Notes under the pieces: generated by a model
Database searches by the model: none
What the model was told of the DNA's origin: nothing
The model's input: only the letters and a program-made list of their open reading frames with translations
Part shown: positions 1-9,158 of the stretch, one piece after another
Position numbering within the stretch: position 1 is the stretch's first letter
Layout of the letters: the number at the start of each line of letters is the position of its first letter
DNA from: Candidatus Woesearchaeota archaeon
GTDB lineage: Archaea; Nanobdellota; Nanobdellia; Pacearchaeales; UBA12030
DNA length: 51,672 nt
Assembly (NCBI GenBank): GCA_964361585.1
Contig: CAYIBB010000002.1
Span: forward strand, 1 to 51,672
Direction: 5' to 3'
Made by a program: the position numbers and the translations under genes

Positions 1-36
1 TAGTTACCATTTTTATTTTTTTCTGCTTGCCGTTAT

Positions 37-501
37 TTACTCCTCCTTAATTTCCTCTTCTCCTCCTTCTCGCCTTATGACTTTTACATCATCAATCTTT
101 AATGTGAGGGGGATGGGAACAGCAGCCTCAAGTAACTCGACAACAACTTCTTCCTTAGCCTTATTTATTCTAATGACTTTAGCCTTATCCCTCTTAAAAG
201 TTCCTCCTATAATTTCCACTATGTCACCTTTCTCTATATTCACAGTCTGAACCTTTACTTCAATCATGTGCTTTATTTCCTCGAAGGTTACTTCCTTTTT
301 GAGAATTCCTTTAACATAGGGCAAGTTCTTAAAAATTTCTTCAGCATTCTTTCTCGATGTTGCCTCTAGGATTACGTAGCCTCGTAATCCATGGGGCCTT
401 ACTACACTCAACACGCTACTCTCTAACTGCTTCGCTCTGTCAGCTATCCAATCCATTACCTGATCTTCCTTATTTGTTGTAACCTTTAAAATGAATAACA
501 T
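37..501 (-). CDS. spt5: Transcription elongation factor Spt5 (archaeal NusG)
   Basis: 154-aa ORF with a C-terminal KOW motif (GDIVEIIGGTFKRDKAKVIRI). It lies directly downstream of secE, as in the conserved archaeal secE-spt5 arrangement. Confidence 0.85.
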   Translation of the reverse strand: MLFILKVTTNKEDQVMDWIADRAKQLESSVLSVVRPHGLRGYVILEATSRKNAEEIFKNLPYVKGILKKEVTFEEIKHMIEVKVQTVNIEKGDIVEIIGGTFKRDKAKVIRINKAKEEVVVELLEAAVPIPLTLKIDDVKVIRREGGEEEIKEE

Positions 502-597
502 TTTTTAAGTGCTAATAATCAGTTTAATATTCTTGTGTTTTGGCCGTGGCCAAAATAGATCAGCTCAAAGCTATAACCAATTAATTACCTTATCACC

Positions 598-786
598 TTA
601 TTTAAATCCTATAGGATGCCAGATTAAAAATATTACGAATCCCAAAAGGCCAATAATTGCAATGCCTAGAGCAGATACTTTCGCAACTATCCTGAACTCC
701 TCGCCAGTAGGCTTCCTAGTAACTTGCCATACTCTCTTGCTTTGAAGCAGGAAGCTTCGGAAAGCCTGCCACCATCTAGATATCAT
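598..786 (-). CDS. secE: Protein translocase subunit SecE / Sec61-gamma
   Basis: 62-aa ORF with the motif SKRVWQVTRKPTGEEF followed by one C-terminal TM helix (VSALGIAIIGLLGFVIFLI). Synteny with spt5 supports the call. Confidence 0.75.
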   Translation of the reverse strand: MISRWWQAFRSFLLQSKRVWQVTRKPTGEEFRIVAKVSALGIAIIGLLGFVIFLIWHPIGFK

Positions 787-828
787 TCTTTTTGCAGGGA
801 AAATTCATTTAAAAAGTTTAGTATCAGT

Positions 829-1932
829 TCACTTAAAGAACTCAATTCCAAGCTCTTCCCTAATCTTTAACTTATCCTTCTCAAGCTTTTTCTCCTCAGG
901 ACCAAGAATTTGAGGGCTCTTTAAACCAGTCATAATCACCATTACTCGAAGCAGTTTTTCCATCTCTTCGCTTACAGAAGCTCCCCATATCAAGTTTGCA
1001 TTATCGCCCATCTTTTCATTCACTATGTCAATTACAGTTTTGGCTTCTTCAAGACTCATGTCTTTGCCGCCTACAATATTAACAAGTCCACCTGTAGCAC
1101 CCTCTATTTCCACATCTAAGAGTGGATTATTAAGTGCTTTTTCAACAGCATCTCTTGATCTGTCTTTACCATCACTTTCGCCAACTCCAATCATTGCTAC
1201 TCCTCCTTTACCCATTATTGCCTTCACATCTGCAAAGTCCAAGTTCACTAGCCCGGGTTTTGTAATAAGTTCAGTAATCCCCTTGACAGCATTAGTCAAG
1301 ATTTCATCAGCAACCTTGAATGCAGTTTGCAATGGCAAATCAGGAGCAAGTTCTAGGAGCTTATCATTTGGAATTACAATGAGTGTATCAACGTTTTTCT
1401 CAAGTCTTTCGATGCCCTGCATTGCATTTTGGTATCTCCTCTGCCCTTCAATTGTAAAAGGTAGTGTAACTATGGCTATAGTCAGAGCTCCTGATTTTTT
1501 GGCAACTTCAGCAATTACAGGTGCACTCCCTGTTCCTGTTCCGCCTCCCAGGCCGCAAGTTACAAATACAAGATTAGAACCTGCCATCTTTTTCCTAATA
1601 TCCTGTTCATTTTCTCGCGCAGCATCTTCTCCAATCTTCGGATCGCTACCAGCTCCCAGTCCGAGTGTTAGCTCCTTGCCTATGAGAATTTTAGAATCAG
1701 CATTAGTGTACAACAAATCCTGAGCATCAGTATTGACAGCAACAAGCTCACAACCCTTAATTCCTATTTCCCGCATTCTTGCTATAGTATTATTTCCCCC
1801 TCCCCCTGCTCCAAAGACTCTGACTCGAGCCTTCTGCAGGGCGATATACTTCTCAAGCTCTCGGTCAACTTCATCAAGATTATTTTTCAGTTCCTGCTCT
1901 TGTTCCTCAATAACTAGTTCGAGCTTATCCAT
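829..1932 (-). CDS. ftsZ: Cell division GTPase FtsZ
   Basis: Tubulin/FtsZ signature GGGTGTG (GLGGGTGTGSAPVIAEVAKK) and N-terminal GAGGGGNN nucleotide-binding loop; 367 aa. Confidence 0.95.
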   Translation of the reverse strand: MDKLELVIEEQEQELKNNLDEVDRELEKYIALQKARVRVFGAGGGGNNTIARMREIGIKGCELVAVNTDAQDLLYTNADSKILIGKELTLGLGAGSDPKIGEDAARENEQDIRKKMAGSNLVFVTCGLGGGTGTGSAPVIAEVAKKSGALTIAIVTLPFTIEGQRRYQNAMQGIERLEKNVDTLIVIPNDKLLELAPDLPLQTAFKVADEILTNAVKGITELITKPGLVNLDFADVKAIMGKGGVAMIGVGESDGKDRSRDAVEKALNNPLLDVEIEGATGGLVNIVGGKDMSLEEAKTVIDIVNEKMGDNANLIWGASVSEEMEKLLRVMVIMTGLKSPQILGPEEKKLEKDKLKIREELGIEFFK

Positions 1933-2025
1933 CTTTATCTTTAATTTAGTAGATTATTTTGTAGTATATCTCGCGGCAAAGGAATTACTCCCCTTTTAGC
2001 TTTGAATTTTATATATGTGGAATAT

Positions 2026-2697
2026 TTAAATTTTTTTGTTCTCCACTTCAATAGCTTTCCCTAAAATATCCTTAACTTTTTCCTTGAAACTTTTTACAGC
2101 GTTGTTATCGATACCCTCAACTTTCACAATTTCTCCTTCCATATCAAAATACTTCAGATAGTATTTCGCTAAGGAAGAAATTTTTTCCTTTTCATCCTCA
2201 ACTTTGCGTTTTAATTTTACCCTATAAATTATTTCCTTTCCTGCAAGTGGATTATTAAAATCAACAACAACACGACCGCCAGTAACGGCTTTGATTTGTG
2301 CAAGCATATTATCTATACTAACAAGTTCCCCTGCATGAGGTTCAATCTCCTTCCCTCGGAAAGCAGATGCCGGCAAAATCTTAATGAGTTTTGCATTTCT
2401 CTTTCCAAATGCATTTTCAGGAGCAAGTTTGATTTCATACTCTTTCCCCACCTCTTTCCCCACAAGGGCCTCGTCCAGCCCTTTCAGAACTTGTTCTTCT
2501 CCTATACATACTATGGTACTTTCATACTTAAAATTCTCATTATAAATCCCTGCACTCTTCGCATCTTCTTTTCTAGTTGTGTCGAAGACTCTGCCTTCAG
2601 AAGTTAAGGCAGTAAAATCCATCTCAATAAAGTCTTTTCCCTTCACTTTTTCCATTTCCATTACTCTAAGATTTTCTTTATCTTTATGTTCTGACAT
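2026..2697 (-). CDS. FKBP-type peptidyl-prolyl cis-trans isomerase (long archaeal SlyD-like type)
   Basis: FKBP core motifs (GRVFDTT..., VLKGLDEALVGKEVGKEYEIKLAPENAFGKRN) with an insert-in-flap region and a C-terminal extension typical of archaeal long FKBPs. Confidence 0.8.
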   Translation of the reverse strand: MSEHKDKENLRVMEMEKVKGKDFIEMDFTALTSEGRVFDTTRKEDAKSAGIYNENFKYESTIVCIGEEQVLKGLDEALVGKEVGKEYEIKLAPENAFGKRNAKLIKILPASAFRGKEIEPHAGELVSIDNMLAQIKAVTGGRVVVDFNNPLAGKEIIYRVKLKRKVEDEKEKISSLAKYYLKYFDMEGEIVKVEGIDNNAVKSFKEKVKDILGKAIEVENKKI

Positions 2698-2768
2698 TTT
2701 CTACATGAGAAAGAAAGTTATATAAATTTAATTAAAAAACTTTATAAAATCTATTCACGAGAAGAAAG

Positions 2769-3149
2769 ATGCCTTTAACAACAGTAACTTCTCTCAAGAA
2801 GGGGTCGTACATTATGATCGACAATGAACCTTGCGTAGTTAAAAACATTGATATTAGTAAGACCGGGAAACACGGAGCAAGTAAAGCAAGAGTTGAGGCA
2901 GTAGGAATAATAGATGGACAGAAAAGAATTATTGTAAAGCCAGGACACGAGAATATCACTGTTCCCATTATAGACAAGAGAAAAGCTCAAGTGCTTAGTG
3001 TTAATGATCTTGTTACCGTAATGGACCTTGAAACCTTCGAGACACTCAGTATCAAGGCAGATGATGAGGTCAAGGAGCAGATTACTGAAGGAAAGACAGT
3101 TGAGTATTGGAAGATTGAAGATAAGATTATTATAAAAAGGTTACTTTAA
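2769..3149 (+). CDS. eif5a: Translation initiation factor 5A (aIF5A)
   Basis: Hypusination-loop motif SKTGKHGASKA; 126 aa, typical length. A TATA-like box (ctttataaaa) lies about 25 nt upstream. Confidence 0.9.
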   Translation: MPLTTVTSLKKGSYIMIDNEPCVVKNIDISKTGKHGASKARVEAVGIIDGQKRIIVKPGHENITVPIIDKRKAQVLSVNDLVTVMDLETFETLSIKADDEVKEQITEGKTVEYWKIEDKIIIKRLL

Positions 3150-3230
3150 TTATTAAAATCAAAAAACAAAAATAAGAACATCATAAAGAAAAATTAAATA
3201 AAACAAGAAAACCAAAAGTAAGAAAAGAAA

Positions 3231-3671
3231 ATGGCAACAATGCATGGTCGAGGACGAGGGAAGAGTGGAAGTAAGAAGCCTCACTTAACAACAAAGCCAA
3301 TCTGGGTAAAATACAGTAAAGAAGAAGTAGAAGCTCTCATAGTAAAGTTAGCAAAGCAGGGAGTTCCTTCCGAGAAGATTGGACTTCAACTTAGAGACAC
3401 ATATGGAATCCCTTCAGTTAAACAGATGAATGGAAAGAGCATAGAACAGATAATGAAATCTCATAAACTTCCTCCTGAGCTGCCCTCGCATCTGTTGAAT
3501 TTGATAATAAATGCTGTAAAAATCAAAAAACATTTAGAGAAGAATAAACATGATAAGGTTGCAAAAAGAGGACTGCAACTTACAGAGGCAAAAATTAATA
3601 GACTTGCTAGATATTATAAACAAAAAGGGGTATTACGTCCGAAGTGGAAATATGAGGAAATAAAACTATGA
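3231..3671 (+). CDS. rps15: 30S ribosomal protein uS15 (S15P/S13e)
   Basis: N-terminus MATMHGRGRGKSGSKKP and C-terminal S15 helix region (RGLQLTEAKINRLARYYK). Conserved S15-RecJ-like-S3Ae neighbourhood. Confidence 0.9.
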   Translation: MATMHGRGRGKSGSKKPHLTTKPIWVKYSKEEVEALIVKLAKQGVPSEKIGLQLRDTYGIPSVKQMNGKSIEQIMKSHKLPPELPSHLLNLIINAVKIKKHLEKNKHDKVAKRGLQLTEAKINRLARYYKQKGVLRPKWKYEEIKL

Positions 3672-3680
3672 CCTTGAAGA

Positions 3681-5024
3681 ATGGATTTTATTTCTCGAGC
3701 TTCTAAAGATTTTTGCGAAATTATTAAGGAAGAGGAAAAACCAATAAGGATCATTTCTCATATTGATACAGATGGAATTACCTCTGTGGCCATTCTTGCA
3801 AAATGCCTCAAAAGGCTCAACTTGAGATATTGGATTACTAATCTTAAAAGATTCGATGCTGAAGAATTAGAAAAGATACTTGAAGAGGCAAAAGAGGATA
3901 AGTGGAACACCCTTATTATCTTAGACTTCGGCCTTGATAAGGTGAAGCTAGATTCACTTAATGAGCTTGGAAAGAATGTCTTTATACTAGACCATCACAT
4001 CATTCCTTATGAAGCTTCAAGACTCTTAAGAGAAGGAAAATACAAGCGCATAAGTTTAGTGAATCAGAGAATTTATAGTAAAGATGAAATTTCAACTGCT
4101 GGATTAGCTTACCTTTTCTGTAAAGTTATCTCGAGGGAGAATAAAGATTTAGCCTACATTGCTCTTATTGGCATTCTTGGAGACTTACAAAAAATTCCTT
4201 CTTTCTGTCGCGAAATCCTTGAGGATGCAGTAGAAACTAGAAAAATCATTGTGAGAAAAGGAATACAAATTCTGAGATCTAGGTTGCCACTCCAAAAGGC
4301 TCTTGAGTACAGTGATTTTTATATTCCTGATGTAAGTAACTCACAGAAAGGATCTAGAGAACTTCTTAGACAGGCTAATATTCCACTCAAGGAAGGAAGG
4401 ATTTATAGAACTTTTATTGATCTTACAGATGAGGAAATTCTTAGGTTAGTAACTCTTATTGCTATAAGAACTCCCGTAACCTTTGAAGAACTGATAGGAG
4501 AAATATACCTGATTAATATTAAAGGAACTCTATATAGCATGAGGGAAATTGGTGCCATAGTAAATTCCTGTGGAAGAGTCGGCAGATATGAAGAGGGTAT
4601 AGAAGCTTGTTATGGAAAAATTGATAGCGCTGAAAAGAATTACACGCGCTATAGAAAGGAACTATTGAGTTCATTAAGATGGATTGAGAAAAATATAAAA
4701 ATGAACTCTTCCTACATACATGATTATAATGGAGCATTGATAATAAATGCCAGAAATAACATTCGGGATACTCTCATCGGGGTAACTTTGTCGATGATTA
4801 ATCCTCTGTATGAGAAAAAGGTTTTAGTGGGTTTAGCTTATTCCGATGATAATAAAATTAAAGTTTCATTAAGAAGTTCAGAAATAAACTCAAGGGAGCT
4901 TTTAGAAAGAGTCTGTCATGATCTTGGATGTGAGTATGGAGGACATGAAAGGGCGGCGGGCTGCTTGCTGGAAAGGGAGCAGGAAGATATATTTATTAAT
5001 CGATTGCTTAATGAGTTAAGGTAA
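3681..5024 (+). CDS. DHH-family phosphoesterase, archaeal RecJ/Cdc45-like (GAN-like)
   Basis: DHH motifs I (SHIDTDGITS) and III (ILDHHI), with a C-terminal DHHA1-like GGHERAAG. Gene order after rps15 is typical for archaeal RecJ homologues. Confidence 0.8.
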   Translation: MDFISRASKDFCEIIKEEEKPIRIISHIDTDGITSVAILAKCLKRLNLRYWITNLKRFDAEELEKILEEAKEDKWNTLIILDFGLDKVKLDSLNELGKNVFILDHHIIPYEASRLLREGKYKRISLVNQRIYSKDEISTAGLAYLFCKVISRENKDLAYIALIGILGDLQKIPSFCREILEDAVETRKIIVRKGIQILRSRLPLQKALEYSDFYIPDVSNSQKGSRELLRQANIPLKEGRIYRTFIDLTDEEILRLVTLIAIRTPVTFEELIGEIYLINIKGTLYSMREIGAIVNSCGRVGRYEEGIEACYGKIDSAEKNYTRYRKELLSSLRWIEKNIKMNSSYIHDYNGALIINARNNIRDTLIGVTLSMINPLYEKKVLVGLAYSDDNKIKVSLRSSEINSRELLERVCHDLGCEYGGHERAAGCLLEREQEDIFINRLLNELR

Positions 5025-5083
5025 CTGCGAAAGACATTCGAATATTAATTTAGAATATAAATCAATAAAATTTAAGAAAGAAA

Positions 5084-5611
5084 ATGAAAAAAAGTCTCTA
5101 TGAGATTTACGTCCCGGAACTGAAAGCAGAAGTTGGAAATGTTCTAGTATCGGATCCTAAGGCAGTAATTGGTCGAATTACTAATATAGATATCACAAGC
5201 TTTACCAAAGGCAAAAATGGGAGTATAAAAATAAAGCTTGTTAGTTCTAATGGAAGCAGAATTGATGGCAGTATTATAGGCATTAAGTTTTTCCCTTCTC
5301 ATATAAGGCGTTTTGTGCGCAGGGGAATCTCAAAGATTGAGGACAGTTTCGTGGTCTCTGTTGGAAAAGAAAAGTTAAGGATGAAGCCTACTTTGATGAC
5401 ACGAAAGAGGGTTAAAGGCAAGGTGCAAAAAGCTTTGCGAAGAGAAACAAGAGATTTCCTTGCAAAAAGCCTTGCTGATTCTAATCCAGAACTTGTATTT
5501 AATGAAATAATCGGAGGGGATTTACAAAAGAAACTGAGCCAGAAGCTCAAGAAGGTTTACCCTCTTTCGTTTTGCGAGATTCGAGAGGCGAGGTATGAGG
5601 GGAAGAAATAA
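5084..5611 (+). CDS. rps3ae: 30S ribosomal protein eS1 (S3Ae)
   Basis: 175-aa basic protein matching the S3Ae pattern (GNVLVSDPKAVIGRI..., IRRFVRRGISKIED, KLRMKPTLMT). Synteny with rps15 and the RecJ-like gene. Confidence 0.8.
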   Translation: MKKSLYEIYVPELKAEVGNVLVSDPKAVIGRITNIDITSFTKGKNGSIKIKLVSSNGSRIDGSIIGIKFFPSHIRRFVRRGISKIEDSFVVSVGKEKLRMKPTLMTRKRVKGKVQKALRRETRDFLAKSLADSNPELVFNEIIGGDLQKKLSQKLKKVYPLSFCEIREARYEGKK

Positions 5612-5645
5612 ATACTTTTATCTCATTAATAGAAAATAAGAAAAA

Positions 5646-6134
5646 ATGGTATTGCCAAGGAGAAAGCTGCCAGACCCAAAAGGCTCATATCCCTATAGAG
5701 ATTCAGCTTTTGATACCGATAATCCTTTCTTTTTATCAAATTTAACTACTGATGCCAATGTGGCTGCACTTGGTTTAGAGATGGTGTTAAGAGGCATAGC
5801 TTCTAGAGATCCTGGTTATTCGCAGAGATTATATATGCAAGGTCTTATGGCAACTTCAATCGTGTATCATGCAACTAAAATAAACCTTAAAAAACATCAG
5901 AGGTGGAGAGCTTTAGGAAGGAGTTTATTACTTTTAGAAGTTAATAAGATATTAAGAGGAAATTTACAAGTAACTGGTTACGAGTCATTGGACCAACTTA
6001 CAAAAGATGCTGAACAAATTGCTAGCGTATTTGAACACTTAATCAAAGGAGAGATCGTACCAGAGAAAGATTTAATAAAAGGTCAAAACTTTTTGAATAA
6101 CCTCTCTGGCGTATACCTGTCAAGTATAGAATGA
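5646..6134 (+). CDS. Hypothetical protein
   Basis: 162-aa ORF in an otherwise stop-rich AT-rich background; no motif recognised. Confidence 0.5.
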   Translation: MVLPRRKLPDPKGSYPYRDSAFDTDNPFFLSNLTTDANVAALGLEMVLRGIASRDPGYSQRLYMQGLMATSIVYHATKINLKKHQRWRALGRSLLLLEVNKILRGNLQVTGYESLDQLTKDAEQIASVFEHLIKGEIVPEKDLIKGQNFLNNLSGVYLSSIE

Positions 6135-6235
6135 TGTTGCAAGGAATAAGAGATCCTTTTATACACTATGTCTAGCATCAACTATTTCTTAATTCTAAGA
6201 AAGATTTTTTAATCAAGACTTTTTCTTTTACTTGT

Positions 6236-6319
6236 GCCTCGGTAGCTCAAAGGTAGAGCATCGGTTTTGTAAACCGGAGGTTGAGGGTTCAATATAAAAT
6301 GAAAATCCCTCCCGAGGCT
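6236..6319 (+). tRNA. tRNA-Thr (anticodon UGU) with a ~12-nt insertion in the T-loop
   Basis: Hand-folded cloverleaf: acceptor GCCTCGG/CCGAGGC, D-arm GCTC-AAAGGTA-GAGC, anticodon arm TCGGT-TTTGTAA-ACCGG, T-stem GAGGG/CCCTC. The T-stem encloses 19 nt (TTCAATATAAAATGAAAAT) instead of 7. Confidence 0.85.
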
Positions 6320-6328
6320 TAATTTTAA

Positions 6329-6742
6329 CTAGTGCCCAATACTAATCTCTTTTAATTTCTCGATGACTTCCTCTTCTATAAGATACTCTTTAATATACTC
6401 ATCCCACTCTTTGGGGTTCCATACTTGAAAATGACCGAAACAACCTATAGCCTTTACTGTAGAACCATTAGAAATACCGATTTTTGATAATTCTGAAGAT
6501 GTCAATTGAATCCTACCTTCGTTATCGACAGAAATTGGATTTTTGCGGGGTTTTTCGCCTACAACTTTTTCGTAATTTGTTGTAGGAATACATCCTAAAA
6601 ATCTGAATGGCACGGTCATTCCAGGAATTAGATCGCTAGCTACAACAATCAATTCTAAACTTCTCCACTTTGTCGGCAAAAAAATTCTACCCCTATCAAC
6701 ACATAGATTGTATTCTCCTGAATATCTCCTTTCATACGTCAT
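6329..6742 (-). CDS. MraZ-like double SpoVT/AbrB-domain protein
   Basis: Two MraZ-type DxxxR repeats: YSGEYNLCVDRGRIFLPTKWR and SVDNEGRIQLTSSELSKIGISNGSTVKAIGCFGHFQVWNPKEWDEY. Start moved to Met40 of the ORF-track entry (6742) because the longer form overlaps tRNA-Val. Confidence 0.6.
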   Translation of the reverse strand: MTYERRYSGEYNLCVDRGRIFLPTKWRSLELIVVASDLIPGMTVPFRFLGCIPTTNYEKVVGEKPRKNPISVDNEGRIQLTSSELSKIGISNGSTVKAIGCFGHFQVWNPKEWDEYIKEYLIEEEVIEKLKEISIGH

Positions 6743-6778
6743 TTTTCCAATACCTAGCCTAAAAATACATCCAGAAAG

Positions 6779-6789
6779 TATTTTAAAAA
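6779..6789 (+). promoter_or_regulatory. TATA-box candidate for tRNA-Val
   Basis: tattttaaaaa centred about 27 nt upstream of the tRNA 5' end, the usual archaeal TATA spacing. Confidence 0.45.
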
Positions 6790-6811
6790 CCTTTCTCCCT
6801 GCATTAGTTAA

Positions 6812-6945
6812 GGGCCCGTGGTCTAGTGGTTTAACCTTTTTGGAAAAAAGCTTAACCAAAAAGAATAAATAGAAAAACTAAAAACTCCACAAATGACGCT
6901 TCGTTGACGTCGAAGAGATCCTCGGTTCGAGTCCGAGCGGGCCCA
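6812..6945 (+). tRNA. tRNA-Val (anticodon GAC) with a ~60-nt D-loop intron
   Basis: Acceptor GGGCCCG/CGGGCCC plus A73, anticodon arm CTTCG-TTGACGT-CGAAG, T-arm CTCGG-TTCGAGT-CCGAG. D-stem GTCT...TGAC is separated by 69 nt, which includes an internal hairpin TTTTTGG/CCAAAAA. Confidence 0.85.
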
Positions 6946-6981
6946 TACTAACTTTTTTAAATTTCAAGATATTCAACAAAG

Positions 6982-7626
6982 ATGCAAGAACAAAAAAGAG
7001 TGAATGAGATTCTTAACATATTGAAGAAGAATTATCTAGCAGCAAAAACCACCTTGAGGAATGAAAATCCACTCGAGTTACTTGTGGCAACAATACTTTC
7101 TGCGCAGTGTACGGATGAAAGGGTGAATAAAGTTACACCTGAACTTTTTAGGAAATATAAGAGTGCGAAGGACTTTGCAGAGGCTGATATAAAAGAGCTT
7201 GAGAGCTTAATAAGGTCAACAGGATTTTACAGAAATAAGGCTAAGAACATTAAGGCTGCATGTAAAATTATTCACGGGAAGTATGGAGGAAAAGTTCCTC
7301 ATACAATGGTGGAGCTTATTCAACTTCCTGGAGTTGCACGCAAGACTGCAAATATTGTGCTTAGTGCTGGCTATGGAATTATTGATGGAATTGCAGTTGA
7401 TACGCATGTAAGACGCGTGTCCTTCCGTCTTGGGCTTACGAAGAATACAGATCCTAACAAGATTGAACAAGATTTAATGAAGCAAATTCCAAGAAAAGAA
7501 TGGGCTGATACAAGCTTCCGCATAATTCTACATGGCAGAGCAATTTGCAAGGCTCCAACTCCTTTCTGCAGTAAATGTCCTTTCAATAAAGTATGCCCTA
7601 AAGTTGGGGTTACAAAGAAATATTAA
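6982..7626 (+). CDS. nth: Endonuclease III (DNA glycosylase/AP lyase)
   Basis: HhH-GPD region (LPGVARKTANIVL) and C-terminal 4Fe-4S cluster loop CKAPTPFCSKCPFNKVC. Confidence 0.9.
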   Translation: MQEQKRVNEILNILKKNYLAAKTTLRNENPLELLVATILSAQCTDERVNKVTPELFRKYKSAKDFAEADIKELESLIRSTGFYRNKAKNIKAACKIIHGKYGGKVPHTMVELIQLPGVARKTANIVLSAGYGIIDGIAVDTHVRRVSFRLGLTKNTDPNKIEQDLMKQIPRKEWADTSFRIILHGRAICKAPTPFCSKCPFNKVCPKVGVTKKY

Positions 7627-7640
7627 AAAGAAAATTAAAT

Positions 7641-8642
7641 TTATACTTGAACTCGAACTTTAGCTTCGAAAGGCTCAAAAATTTCCTGATATTGCGGAAC
7701 TTTCTCGGCATCATCGAGAAATTTCCTTACTCCTTCTATAGTTTTAGGATGCACGAGTCTTATTTCTCTATTATCATGTTTGTATCCTCTGAAGATTGTT
7801 TTTGGAAGAAGTTCATCATCATTTGCATGCTTTTTGTTCCACGCTTCCAAAACATACAAAGGAACTGTTGCAACATCTGAATATCTTTCAACTTCTTCTA
7901 ACTGCGCTAAGTTTCTAATACTTGCGGCCAGTTTCTTTGTTTTAAAAATTTTATCACCCCTGAATAAATCATCAATAGCTTTCATTCCATGAGATCCGCT
8001 AACAATTCCAAAGAGTTCTAGTCTGCCATCCACGTATTTGAGTCCTTCATAAGTCCCAGCAATTTTTTCAAGTCTTTCTTGCGCACGAGAAAATTCTCCG
8101 CTCACAGTTGGTCCAGATACAATAAAATAATCTTCTTTTTTCTTTTCTATACCTGCAAGGTCAGAAAGTAAATCATCAATTCTGCCCACAAAGAAGCTTG
8201 CATAATCAGCTCCAGCCTTTGCCGCAAGTAATGCCTGTTCTGGGTCTTGTATATTCGTTACATTTATTGGAATTCCATTTTCCTTGAGTTTCTCAATCGC
8301 ATAAAGAGAATCTTCAATATCCGGCTCAAATGGATTCAGAATTATTGGAACCTTTATTAGAGGATTTCCGAATTGGATAAAATTTTCATAAGCTGCAAGT
8401 CCTTTCCTTACTGCATCTTCTCTATCTTTTGTTGCGATTTGTAAACTTACAAGCCGAGGAGCCGCATAAGTAACAAAATCTATGACGCTCTCAATGAAGG
8501 AAATATCCTCCCCAGAAGAAATTCTTTCATTGTAGCCCTCGAGCCATAATGTAGGGTTAGTTGTAAATCCTTTAGGCTTAATAATAAGCCCTTCAGCTTT
8601 CAGTACTTCACTCTTTTTTGCAGTATCCAGCCAAATGTCCAT
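7641..8642 (-). CDS. Transaldolase-family protein
   Basis: N-terminal LDTA...GFTTNPTL motif, candidate Schiff-base lysine context (PLIKVPI), and NVTNI...AGADYASFFVGRIDD typical of the transaldolase/FSA family. Confidence 0.7.
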   Translation of the reverse strand: MDIWLDTAKKSEVLKAEGLIIKPKGFTTNPTLWLEGYNERISSGEDISFIESVIDFVTYAAPRLVSLQIATKDREDAVRKGLAAYENFIQFGNPLIKVPIILNPFEPDIEDSLYAIEKLKENGIPINVTNIQDPEQALLAAKAGADYASFFVGRIDDLLSDLAGIEKKKEDYFIVSGPTVSGEFSRAQERLEKIAGTYEGLKYVDGRLELFGIVSGSHGMKAIDDLFRGDKIFKTKKLAASIRNLAQLEEVERYSDVATVPLYVLEAWNKKHANDDELLPKTIFRGYKHDNREIRLVHPKTIEGVRKFLDDAEKVPQYQEIFEPFEAKVRVQV

Positions 8643-8729
8643 GACATTTAAATATGAGAAAATTATATAAATATTGTTGAAAATTTTAGTTGTATCCTAA
8701 GCTTATAGTTCAATAGAAAAAAGAGGAAA

Positions 8730-9059
8730 ATGCCAGATAAAATCAAAGTACAAATTAAGGAGCATTTTGTTGCATTTAAGAAGGATATTCCAAATGGAGA
8801 AGGAAGGCCCCTCGAGGTAGAAGGAGTTTCAATCGCACTATTTAATCTAGATGGAAAATTCTTTGCTTTAAGCAATACTTGCCTGCATGAAGGTGGCCCT
8901 ATTGGAGAAGGCAGTGTGGATGATAGCACAGTAACTTGTCCTTGGCATGGATGGCAGTATGATGTTAAGAGTGGAAATTGTCTTACATTTGAGGGACTTA
9001 AGCTAAAGTCTTACAAAACCAAAGTTGTAGGCGAAAAAGTTTTCGTGAGCTTGGACTGA
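8730..9059 (+). CDS. Rieske [2Fe-2S] domain protein (NirD-like small ferredoxin)
   Basis: Rieske ligands CLHEGG ... CPWHGWQYD; 109 aa. Confidence 0.85.
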   Translation: MPDKIKVQIKEHFVAFKKDIPNGEGRPLEVEGVSIALFNLDGKFFALSNTCLHEGGPIGEGSVDDSTVTCPWHGWQYDVKSGNCLTFEGLKLKSYKTKVVGEKVFVSLD

Positions 9060-9158
9060 ATTGAAAAGAGTTTACTTAACTTAATAGCCCATAAAGACAT
9101 AGATCAGCCCCTTTCAAAGCAAAATTTATAAGCTACTTTTCGTTTTTCTTTCAACCAC

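Noticed and set aside
1025-1723. 232-aa ORF antisense to ftsZ. The same pattern appears at 30641-31243 (antisense to srp54), 33451-33798 (ftsY), 46286-46756 (dolichol-kinase-like) and 48025-48543 (surface protein).
   Set aside because: These are low-complexity Ser/Pro/Leu-rich translations lying entirely within strongly supported genes on the other strand. They are shadow ORFs, not overlapping genes.
6743-6859. N-terminal 39 codons of the 176-aa ORF-track model (6329-6859).
   Set aside because: This segment overlaps the 5' half of a well-folding tRNA-Val (6812-6945) and its TATA box. The MraZ-like homology begins right after the internal Met at 6742.
7641-8642. The 333-aa length of the transaldolase-family protein considered as an unusual fusion.
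   Set aside because: Classical transaldolases are of similar length, and without an alignment I cannot show an extra domain.
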